Shown here in pieces: positions 9,196-17,159 of a stretch of DNA of 64,000 nucleotides (the first letter of the stretch is position 1; every line of letters begins with the position of its first letter). The stretch comes from Bacteroidales bacterium (lineage in GTDB: Bacteria > Bacteroidota > Bacteroidia > Bacteroidales > UBA3824). Location: contig JAFPYR010000021.1 in the NCBI GenBank assembly GCA_017412115.1, positions 68,644-132,643 of the forward strand, read 5' to 3'. A model generated the notes under the pieces. The model was not told the origin of the DNA. It searched no databases and was given only the letters and a program-made list of their open reading frames with translations. Made by a program: the position numbers and the translations under genes.

Positions 9196-9537
9196 TTATC
9201 CTAATTGTTCTTTTGTAAGCGGTTTGTCCCAAAAAACTTTTCCGTCAGCTTTAGATGCTAAACTGTCAATTTTTTCTTGAAGGATTTTTATGAATTCCTG
9301 TTCGCGTTTTTTGGAGCGACGGCCTTGTCCTTGATAAAGAATTTCGCTGAAATAGGCATCGTAAGAAATGCTGAAATCGGTTTCGTCATTGTGCGGAAAA
9401 AAACTTACGGCTGCCTCATATTTGATTTTTCCTTCTTGAGAATCTGATATAAGTAATACTAAAGCAGCCTTGCGCTTAACTTTGTTAAACTCAAGTGCTG
9501 CTTCAAAATACTGCTTATAAACATTTATTACTGCCAT
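9196..9537 (-). CDS. hypothetical protein
   Basis: 113-aa ORF tightly packed between metK and folK on the same strand. No family recognised. Confidence 0.5.
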   Translation of the reverse strand: MAVINVYKQYFEAALEFNKVKRKAALVLLISDSQEGKIKYEAAVSFFPHNDETDFSISYDAYFSEILYQGQGRRSKKREQEFIKILQEKIDSLASKADGKVFWDKPLTKEQLG

Positions 9538-9543
9538 GTTTTG

Positions 9544-10833
9544 CTAAAGAATTGAAAATTCTTTTTTAATAGTGTCTACGTAATCGAGTTTTTCCCACGT
9601 AAAGAATTCAATCTCTTTTTTAACGGTTTTGCCGTTTTCTAAAACTTCAGTAAACTCTTTGTAGGGTTTTCTTCCGAAATGTCCGTAAGAGGCTGTCGGT
9701 AAGAAAATTGGGTTTTTGAGTTTTAGACGTTTGATAATTGCCGCAGGGCGCATATCAAAAATTTTTGCAATTCTCTTGGCTATTTCACCGTCTGAGAGTT
9801 GAATTTTTTTAGTTCCGTAGGTATTAACATAAATTCCTACCGGCTCTGCAACGCCGATTGCGTAGGCAACTTGTACCAAAACTTCATCACAAACGCCTGC
9901 TGCAACGAGGTTTTTAGCGATATGACGTGCTGCGTATGCTGCCGAACGGTCTACTTTTGAAGGGTCTTTGCCCGAAAATGCTCCGCCACCGTGTGCGCCT
10001 TTGCCACCGTAGGTATCAACGATAATTTTTCTTCCCGTCAAACCGGTATCACCGTGAGGTCCGCCGATTACAAATTTGCCGGTCGGATTTACCAAAAGCT
10101 TGAAATCTTTTTCAAAAAGTGCTTTTTCCTTTTCTGACAATTCTTTTTGAAGTTCCGGCAAAAGAATATTTCTTACATCCTCGGTAATTTTATTGACCAT
10201 TGCTTGGTCTGCTGAAAGTTGTGCTTCTTCTGTCTCGTCAATCGGTTTGATAAAATCGTCGTGCTGAGTGCTGATAACGATTGTGTCAATTTTTTTCGGA
10301 GAATTGTTGTCATCGTATTCTATCGTAACTTGAGATTTGGAATCGGGACGCAAATAAGTCATAACTTTGCCTTCACGACGGATTTGTGAAAGCTTTTTAA
10401 GAATTTTGTGCGAAAGTTCAATGCTGAAAGGCATTAAATCTTCTGATTCTTTAACAGCATAACCGAACATCATACCTTGGTCGCCGGCACCTTGTTTTTC
10501 TTCCGATTCTCTTTCTACTCCGCGGTTGATGTCCTGACTTTGACCATGAATTGCAGAGATTACACCGCAAGAATTACCGTCAAACATATATTCGCCTTTT
10601 GTATAGCCGATTTTGTTGATAACATTACGTGCAACTTGCTGAACATCTACATATCCGCGGGTTTTAACTTCACCGCCCAAAACTGCGAGTCCCGTTGTTA
10701 CGAAAGTCTCACAAGCCACTTTCGATTCTGAATCCTGTTTCAAAAATTCGTCAAGCAGAGCATCTGAAATCTGGTCTGCAACTTTGTCAGGGTGTCCTTC
10801 GGATACCGATTCTGATGTGAAATAATAAGACAT
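9544..10833 (-). CDS. metK: S-adenosylmethionine synthetase
   Basis: [52 protein letters not shown]: full MAT signature set. Confidence 0.95.
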   Translation of the reverse strand: MSYYFTSESVSEGHPDKVADQISDALLDEFLKQDSESKVACETFVTTGLAVLGGEVKTRGYVDVQQVARNVINKIGYTKGEYMFDGNSCGVISAIHGQSQDINRGVERESEEKQGAGDQGMMFGYAVKESEDLMPFSIELSHKILKKLSQIRREGKVMTYLRPDSKSQVTIEYDDNNSPKKIDTIVISTQHDDFIKPIDETEEAQLSADQAMVNKITEDVRNILLPELQKELSEKEKALFEKDFKLLVNPTGKFVIGGPHGDTGLTGRKIIVDTYGGKGAHGGGAFSGKDPSKVDRSAAYAARHIAKNLVAAGVCDEVLVQVAYAIGVAEPVGIYVNTYGTKKIQLSDGEIAKRIAKIFDMRPAAIIKRLKLKNPIFLPTASYGHFGRKPYKEFTEVLENGKTVKKEIEFFTWEKLDYVDTIKKEFSIL

Positions 10834-10966
10834 TTTTCTTTTTAGATTTTGTTTAAAAAATTAATGTATAGCGGTGGGTCTGAAAGAAATGTCTGCTTTT
10901 GCTTTAGCATTTTTTTTAAGCGGTTGCAATCAAAATCAAATCCGTCCGCAATTATCTTTACGGCGG

Positions 10967-10974
10967 CAAAGTTA
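10967..10974 (-). promoter_or_regulatory. Bacteroidota -7 box (TAACTTTG) for metK
   Basis: Reverse complement reads TAACTTTG. This leaves a ~125-nt leader before the metK ATG. Confidence 0.4.
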
Positions 10975-11053
10975 AGAATATTATTTCGTAAAAAAAAATG
11001 TAAAAATTCTTTTTTTTGGAATAAATTATTTTTCTTTGGAGCAAAAAAATGAT

Positions 11054-11061
11054 TAAATTTG
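11054..11061 (+). promoter_or_regulatory. -7 box TAAATTTG
   Basis: Matches TAnnTTTG, ~44 nt upstream of ATG 11105. Confidence 0.4.
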
Positions 11062-11104
11062 TGTTTTTTTAAAAAAAAGAACTAATTAAATACTTATAAA
11101 GAAA

Positions 11105-11590
11105 ATGAAAAAACTATTAATTCCGGCTATTGCAGCCATGATGACGGTATTTGCAACCTCTTGTAGCACTTCAAAATATATGGAGGCGAGGTCTGTGCCG
11201 ATTAATGATATTGAGGTCTTTTCAAAGCCGTTAGTGGCATCGCTTGAAGTAACATCCGAGCGTAAGACTTGGGTCGTTACAATCCGTAAAAAAGATGCTA
11301 TGGCAATGGGTCTTAATGTCAATAACATGAGAGCTTATGCTATTGCCGTTGCTTGTAAGGACGGTAATCCCGATTCTCAACCCGTTTATGATGCTATCGT
11401 GGGTGCAACCTACGTTATTAAAAGCTCAGGCAAACGCTATGAACTCGAGATTACGGGTTTCCCGGCTAAATATTCTTCGTTCAAGGATTTGGAAAAAGAC
11501 GATATTGAACTTTTAAGATTTTCTGGTCAGGGCGAAACTCTTGTGCCTTGTATTGAAAACGGACATCATTTTCCTATGTTTAAAAAGTAA
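11105..11590 (+). CDS. lipoprotein, function unknown
   Basis: Signal peptide with lipobox (FATSC). 161 aa. Confidence 0.6.
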   Translation: MKKLLIPAIAAMMTVFATSCSTSKYMEARSVPINDIEVFSKPLVASLEVTSERKTWVVTIRKKDAMAMGLNVNNMRAYAIAVACKDGNPDSQPVYDAIVGATYVIKSSGKRYELEITGFPAKYSSFKDLEKDDIELLRFSGQGETLVPCIENGHHFPMFKK

Positions 11591-11595
11591 CGGTT

Positions 11596-12252
11596 ATGCG
11601 TAGAATTATATTTTTGTTGATGCTTTTTGCGTTTGGTTTTCAGACTCTTAAAGCGCAGATTATAACAACCTCTTCCAATTCGGGAATTACTTCAAAACAA
11701 ATCGTTTCTTCGCAGCAAAATAGAGACGGCGGTGAAAAGTTTTGGTTTATGAAATTAGGTTGTAACTTATCCGGACTCGAACAAGATAACGGAGATTCTT
11801 ACGAATACGAGGATATTGACCGTTCGCTTGGTTATAATCTTGAATTCGGTTTCAATAAGCAAATTGCCCGCACACCGTTTTTTTATAAATTCAATTTCGG
11901 TGCGTGCAGCAATTTAAGCGGGTCGTATATTGATAAAAACAGCAATTTCAAAGATAATTTGAAAGAATTTGACCCCGATGACCTTCATCATGCAGCATAT
12001 ATTTCTCCTTTGAATTTCGGTGTGAAACTCAATTTCGGAATTTCACTTGAGGCTTCCATCGGAGCATTTTATATGTTTGAGTATACTCCTGATTTTCAAC
12101 ACGATTTCGGTGCTAATCTCGAAGCAGGTTTATGGTTGTCAAAATTCTATATCGGAGTTCTTGTTCAAAGGGGATTAGCTGAAAGAGACAGCGATGTTCC
12201 CGATAATTCGTATTTGAGCAATGTTGCCTTGCGTTTAGGATTCTCGTTTTAA
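11596..12252 (+). CDS. outer-membrane beta-barrel (porin-family) protein
   Basis: Signal peptide, alternating amphipathic strands, C-terminal ...ALRLGFSF aromatic terminus. Confidence 0.6.
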   Translation: MRRIIFLLMLFAFGFQTLKAQIITTSSNSGITSKQIVSSQQNRDGGEKFWFMKLGCNLSGLEQDNGDSYEYEDIDRSLGYNLEFGFNKQIARTPFFYKFNFGACSNLSGSYIDKNSNFKDNLKEFDPDDLHHAAYISPLNFGVKLNFGISLEASIGAFYMFEYTPDFQHDFGANLEAGLWLSKFYIGVLVQRGLAERDSDVPDNSYLSNVALRLGFSF

Positions 12253-12273
12253 TCTTAAAACTATAATTTAAAA

Positions 12274-12308
12274 GAAAAAAAGCCGCAAAAAAAATGCGGC
12301 TTTTTTTC
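12274..12308. terminator. bidirectional rho-independent terminator
   Basis: AGCCGCA-A8-TGCGGCT flanked by an A-run and a T-run, between convergent genes. Confidence 0.75.
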
Positions 12309-12328
12309 TTTTAAATGTTTTTCTTTTT

Positions 12329-13741
12329 TTAACCTTTTGAACTTCCGTCAAAACAGTGTGTGCAAAGTCTGTTTTTGGGCAATCCTATCGCTTCCACAAG
12401 GTCTGAAAGCTTTTGAAATTTCAATGTGGTTAAACCTAAATCCTTGCGGATTTGTTCTACCATGGATTTGTATTCCTCTGATTCGCTGTCGGCATATTTC
12501 GACCAGTCAATATCTTCAAGATTGCCTTTGAGTTTAAGAACGGCTTTTCTTGTTGCAAGTTCCATTGACGAACGCGAACGGCTGAAATTTAAATATTCAC
12601 AAGGATAAATCAGCGGCGGACAAGCAATTCTCATGTGTACTTCTTTGATTCCGTATTCAATTAAATCTTTTACGTTATCTTTCAATTGCGTGCCTCTGAC
12701 AATGGAATCGTCAAGGAAAATGCCTTTTTTGCCGTCGATTAACGCTGTGTTAGGAACGAGTTTCATTTTTGCAACAAGTTCTCTTTGTTTCTGATTCTGC
12801 GGCATAAAACTTCTCGGCCATGTCGGAGTATATTTTGCATACGGTCTTAAATACGGAATATGTATCGTGTTGGAATATCCTAAAGCGTGTCCTATGCCGC
12901 TGTCGGGAATACCGGCAACAAAATCTGCATCCATTTTGCCGTCAGCAAGTGCAAGTTTCTTTCCTGACTCATAACGGCTCTTATCAACGTTGATTCCTTC
13001 GTAGAATGATGGCGGATAACCGTAATAAACCCAAAGAAACGAACAAATCTGCATTTCTTCATTTTCTTTTTTCAATGTTTTGATACCTGTGGTTTTTACG
13101 GTTACGATTTCGCCGGGGCCGAGATATTGATAAATTTTGTAACCCAGATTAAGGAAAGATGTGGTTTCTGATGCAAGACAAAACGAACCGTCTTTGTGTC
13201 CTATTATAATAGGAGTTCTGCCTAATTTGTCCCTGCCGGCAATAATCTCATCTCCGTTTAGAATGAGAATCGAACAAGAGCCCTTTATCGTGTTGTAAAC
13301 GTTTTTGATACCTTCGGTGAAAGTTTCTTTTTCACAGATAAGCATTGCTACGAGTTCCGTCGGATTGATACCGCCTTGAGAGGTCTCGGCAAAGGTTTTG
13401 CCTTCCGATAAGAAACGCTGCGCTATTTGTTCGAGATTGTTGATTTTGGAAACTGTCGTAATGGCAAATCTTCCTAATTTAGAATAAATTACCAATGGTT
13501 GTGCTTCCGTGTCGCTGATACAGCCAATTCCGGCTTTGCCTTCGAATGAGGCTATATCGCCCTCGAATTTTGTCCTGAAATAACTGTTTTCAAGGCTGTG
13601 AATTGCGCGTTGAAACCCTTTGGTTTCGCTGTAATACGCCAAACCGCCTCTTTTAGTGCCTAAATGGGAATGATAATCCGTTCCGTAGAACACTTCAGAT
13701 ACGCAGTCCTCTTTTGAGACCGCACCAAAAAATCCGCTCAT
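12329..13741 (-). CDS. amidophosphoribosyltransferase-like protein (class II GATase fold + PRTase) lacking the N-terminal Cys
   Basis: PRPP-binding motif GIFLDDSIVRGTQ and an Ntn-type N-domain, but the N-terminus is MSGFFG instead of MCG. Confidence 0.8.
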   Translation of the reverse strand: MSGFFGAVSKEDCVSEVFYGTDYHSHLGTKRGGLAYYSETKGFQRAIHSLENSYFRTKFEGDIASFEGKAGIGCISDTEAQPLVIYSKLGRFAITTVSKINNLEQIAQRFLSEGKTFAETSQGGINPTELVAMLICEKETFTEGIKNVYNTIKGSCSILILNGDEIIAGRDKLGRTPIIIGHKDGSFCLASETTSFLNLGYKIYQYLGPGEIVTVKTTGIKTLKKENEEMQICSFLWVYYGYPPSFYEGINVDKSRYESGKKLALADGKMDADFVAGIPDSGIGHALGYSNTIHIPYLRPYAKYTPTWPRSFMPQNQKQRELVAKMKLVPNTALIDGKKGIFLDDSIVRGTQLKDNVKDLIEYGIKEVHMRIACPPLIYPCEYLNFSRSRSSMELATRKAVLKLKGNLEDIDWSKYADSESEEYKSMVEQIRKDLGLTTLKFQKLSDLVEAIGLPKNRLCTHCFDGSSKG

Positions 13742-13782
13742 TATAAATTTAGTGTGTGATGATTGTTTGTTTTTTCTCTTTG

Positions 13783-13790
13783 CAAAATTA
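13783..13790 (-). promoter_or_regulatory. -7 box TAATTTTG for the purF-like gene
   Basis: Reverse complement is TAATTTTG, ~42 nt upstream of ATG 13741. Confidence 0.4.
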
Positions 13791-13827
13791 GATAAAAAAA
13801 ATTAAGGGCGAAAATAAATCCGCCCTC
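13791..13827 (-). terminator. rho-independent terminator of the MCP gene
   Basis: Minus strand reads AGGGCG-loop-CGCCCT followed by AATTTTTTTT. Confidence 0.6.
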
Positions 13828-13841
13828 AGAATCAAAAAAAA

Positions 13842-16070
13842 TTAAAATCTGTCAAATTCTTGGTCTCTTTTATCATTGGCATCTTTCATCTGAATTATTG
13901 CGCCTTGTTTCTGACCGTATTTTTTACTCTTGAACTGTTCCAAAGAATTCGGCGAGGCAGAATTAAGACTTGGAATCGTTTTCCCTTGATTAAGGGACTT
14001 TGTTATCTCTGCTCTTGACAAAGATGCTGCGGTGTTAGACTGCGAGGGAAGCGTTGATGGTTTTGTTTGCTTTGAGGCTTGTGAAGTAGCTGTCGTATTA
14101 GTCTTTTTATTGGAACGTTCACTGCTGAAATCAGTATTTTTGAAATGACTCGTGGTCTTCTCTTTTGATATTCCCGGTTTTGATTTCTCTTTTTCGCCTG
14201 TTTTGAATGCTTTAACGGATTGTTTGAGCTCTTCGCTCTTTTCTGCAAGTTGCTGACTTGTTGCCGCAAGCTCCTCTGCTGAGGCAGCATAACGCTGCGT
14301 AATCTCGTTAAACTGCTGAACGGCTCCGTTTATCTGATTGATACCGCTGCTTTGTTCAGTACTTGCTGCGGCTATCTCTCTTACGAGGTCTGCTGTTTTC
14401 TCTATTTCGGGAATAATATTCTTTAACAAAGAGTCTGCGTTTTCGCTTATTGTAACACCTTCTTTTGAAACTTTGTCAATTTCAGAGGCTGCAACGGCAC
14501 TTCTTTCGGCAAGTTTTCTGACCTCGGCTGCTACAACGGCAAAACCTTTTCCTTGTTCGCCCGCTCTCGCGGCTTCAACGGCTGCATTAAGAGCAAGTAT
14601 ATTGGTCTGAAAGGCTATTTCGTCAATAATAGAAATTTTGTTTGCGATTTCTTTCATTGCCGCCATACTCAACTGACTCGCCTCACTACTTTGTTTGATG
14701 TTCAAAAGTGCTTTTTGCGCAATGTGTTCTGTTTGACGGGCATTGTCGGAGTTTTGACTGATTCCCGCGCTCATTTGCTCTACCGATGAGGAAACCTCTT
14801 CTGCCGAGGAGGCTTGATGTCCGGCTCCGTCGCTCATTTGTTGAGATGTTTTGGCAATCTCAAGCGAAGTCTGATTGATGTCCTCCGCATTAACGGTAAT
14901 ACTGTTGATGGATTTTCTCATCATTGATGCCATTTGATTTACGCTCTGAGCCATCTCGCCGAATTCGTCTTTGCTATCTACCTCGATAACGGCTGTCAAA
15001 TCTCCTGAGGCTATTGTATTAATACCATCAAGCGTTTTCTTGGCTTTACCGCCTAATCTCTTGGAAATTAGTATTGTATAGAAAATGCAGAAAATAAATA
15101 TCAATGCGGATACACAGATAAATATTTTTGCAATATTTACCAATTCTTCGTCAATTTTTACAAAAGCATCGTTGGTTTCATTATCGTTTTTCTGAGTTAT
15201 TTGTCTTGAAAGGTTGAGTATTATGTATCCTTTCTCTCCGTTGCCTTTAGCTAATCTTTCGTTTTCGTCTGCCATTTGATGGTAAGTCTTGCTACCCTCG
15301 GCATATCCTTGAATATTATTAATCGCATCATCTACTTTTCTTGATTTTCCGAGCTCTGAGGCAAAACCTCTTATTGAATTTACTTTGGAAGTTAAATTCA
15401 TGAAAACATCTTGAAGCTTTGATTTGTCGCTGATTTTACCTTTTGCTCTCTCTACCATACGGATAATCTCCGATACGATTTTTACTCGCTCTGCTATTTG
15501 TTTAGTATTTTTGCCGTTTTTGTTGTTAGAATTGATTACCGCCTCTCGTATTTCCTCCAAATCTGCATAAAAACTTTCTTTGTACTGCTCCAAATCTTGA
15601 TAAAGTTGAGCCATCTTTTTTTTGTTATCTACCATTTTTGCGGCAGCTTGTTTGTATGTCGATAGCGCTGAGGTGATACTGTCAAGTTTTCGTTGGTCTG
15701 AGGAAGAGAGTTTTTGCTTTTTCAGACCCGTTATGGCATTTTCAAGTTCTCCTAAATATTTATCTGCGTTGATTTGCTCTAAAGCGTCCTCCGGATTGAG
15801 CCTCATACCTCTTGCATGATACATTGCCATAAGTGCATAATAATTAATATCACCGCTGTATCGGTTTTGAGGCAATATGTCGTTAGACATGTGATCTAAA
15901 TGTTCGCCTGTCTTATTGAATGAAGTAATCATTATAACGGCGGCGGTTGTTATAGTAATACAAATAACCGTAAATATCCACGCTATTTTGCCGGCTATCT
16001 TCATGTCGTTGAAATTGAATATATTCATAACGTTTGCTTTTTTGGTATTAATATTATTTGTACTAATCAA
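13842..16070 (-). CDS. methyl-accepting chemotaxis protein (TM sensor, HAMP, MCP signalling domain, low-complexity tail)
   Basis: HAMP region ([27 protein letters not shown]) and the invariant hairpin tip [40 protein letters not shown]. Confidence 0.85.
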   Translation of the reverse strand: MISTNNINTKKANVMNIFNFNDMKIAGKIAWIFTVICITITTAAVIMITSFNKTGEHLDHMSNDILPQNRYSGDINYYALMAMYHARGMRLNPEDALEQINADKYLGELENAITGLKKQKLSSSDQRKLDSITSALSTYKQAAAKMVDNKKKMAQLYQDLEQYKESFYADLEEIREAVINSNNKNGKNTKQIAERVKIVSEIIRMVERAKGKISDKSKLQDVFMNLTSKVNSIRGFASELGKSRKVDDAINNIQGYAEGSKTYHQMADENERLAKGNGEKGYIILNLSRQITQKNDNETNDAFVKIDEELVNIAKIFICVSALIFIFCIFYTILISKRLGGKAKKTLDGINTIASGDLTAVIEVDSKDEFGEMAQSVNQMASMMRKSINSITVNAEDINQTSLEIAKTSQQMSDGAGHQASSAEEVSSSVEQMSAGISQNSDNARQTEHIAQKALLNIKQSSEASQLSMAAMKEIANKISIIDEIAFQTNILALNAAVEAARAGEQGKGFAVVAAEVRKLAERSAVAASEIDKVSKEGVTISENADSLLKNIIPEIEKTADLVREIAAASTEQSSGINQINGAVQQFNEITQRYAASAEELAATSQQLAEKSEELKQSVKAFKTGEKEKSKPGISKEKTTSHFKNTDFSSERSNKKTNTTATSQASKQTKPSTLPSQSNTAASLSRAEITKSLNQGKTIPSLNSASPNSLEQFKSKKYGQKQGAIIQMKDANDKRDQEFDRF

Positions 16071-16098
16071 AATTTGTGCAAGATATGTATTTTTTTAT

Positions 16099-16106
16099 TA
16101 ATTTTG
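16099..16106 (+). promoter_or_regulatory. -7 box TAATTTTG
   Basis: Lies inside the 5' extension of track ORF 16074, which argues for the ATG at 16137 as the true start. Confidence 0.45.
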
Positions 16107-16136
16107 CACAAAAAAATATTAAAAATTTTAATAAAC

Positions 16137-16748
16137 ATGAAAATTTTTTGTATAGCAGCCAATTATCCTAAACACAATCAGGAAATAAAGATGAAAGCTG
16201 AGGCTGAGCCCGTTATGTTTATAAAACCTGAAACGGCATATCTTAAAAATTTCAGTGATTTTTATATACCCGAGTTTTCCTCACAGGTTGAATACGAAAC
16301 CGAAATAGTCTTGAAAATCAATAAGATGTGCAAATGTGTTGATAAGAAGTTTGCTTCACGTTATTATTCGGAATTAACATTAGGTCTTGATATTACAGCC
16401 AGAGATATTCAGAACTTAGCGAGGGAAAAAGGTTTGCCGTGGTTTTTGAGCAAAGGATTTGATTTTTCAGCTCCCGTTGGGGATTTCTTGCCTAAAACGG
16501 ATTTTGATACGGTTCACGACATAGATTTTTCTTTGAATATTAACGGTAAGGAAGTTCAAAGAGGAAATTCAAAGGATATGATATTTTCTTTTGACGAAAT
16601 CGTGTCATATATTTCGCAGTATGTAACCCTTAAAACGGGAGATTTAATCTTTACGGGTACTCCACAAGGGGTTGGAAAACTTAATATCGGTGATAAACTC
16701 GAAGGCTTTTTGTCTGGAAAAAAGGTTTTGGAGATTAATGTAAAATAA
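16137..16748 (+). CDS. fumarylacetoacetate hydrolase (FAH) family protein
   Basis: MKIFCIAANYPKH...EYETEIVL...GDLIFTGTPQGVG, typical of the FAH/2-keto-4-pentenoate hydratase family. Start moved from 16074 on promoter evidence. Confidence 0.8.
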   Translation: MKIFCIAANYPKHNQEIKMKAEAEPVMFIKPETAYLKNFSDFYIPEFSSQVEYETEIVLKINKMCKCVDKKFASRYYSELTLGLDITARDIQNLAREKGLPWFLSKGFDFSAPVGDFLPKTDFDTVHDIDFSLNINGKEVQRGNSKDMIFSFDEIVSYISQYVTLKTGDLIFTGTPQGVGKLNIGDKLEGFLSGKKVLEINVK

Positions 16749-17045
16749 TCATATAACCCTAAATGATAACTTTGTTCAAAGGACAAAATAATCATTTAAC
16801 CCTAAATGATAACTTTGTTCAAAGGACAAAATAATCATTTAACCCTAAATGATAACTTTGTTCAAAGGACAAAATGATCATTTAACCCTAAATGATGACT
16901 TTGTCCAAAGGACAAAATGATCATTTAACCCTAAATGATGACTTTGTCCAAAAGGCAAAATAATCATTTAACCCTAAATGATAACTTTGTCCAAAAGGCA
17001 AAATAATCATTTAACCCTAAATGATGACTTTGTCCAAAAGTGGAA
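16745..17045. repeat. tandem array, 7 x 43 bp, each unit with two dyad symmetries
   Basis: AACCCT recurs at 16755, 16798, 16841, 16884, 16927, 16970 and 17013, an exact 43-nt period. Each unit contains ATCATTTA-ACCC-TAAATGAT and TTTGT(T/C)C-AAA-GGACAAA. Confidence 0.9.
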
Positions 17046-17159
17046 AAAATATAATCAGAGGGCGTTATAATAAACTATTTTGGTTTTTATTATTAAACGT
17101 TATAATAAAATAAACGTCAAATAACAGAGTTTTTTAAATCATACAATCAAATTATTATA

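Noticed and set aside
16074-16136. Longer N-terminal extensions of track ORFs (16074, 29457, 60552, 5789)
   Set aside because: Each extension contains a TAnnTTTG -7 promoter box or, for 5789, a better TAATG-coupled internal start. The extensions are hydrophobic or odd and absent from the recognised family N-termini.
16755-17020. Telomere-like CCCTAAA motif recurring in the array
   Set aside because: There is one copy per 43-bp unit, embedded in a hairpin loop and stem, not a telomeric heptamer array. Treated as coincidental.
16745-17045. Possible CRISPR array (regular short palindromic repeats)
   Set aside because: The units are contiguous with an exact 43-bp period. There are no unique spacers between them and no cas genes in the window, so it is a tandem minisatellite.
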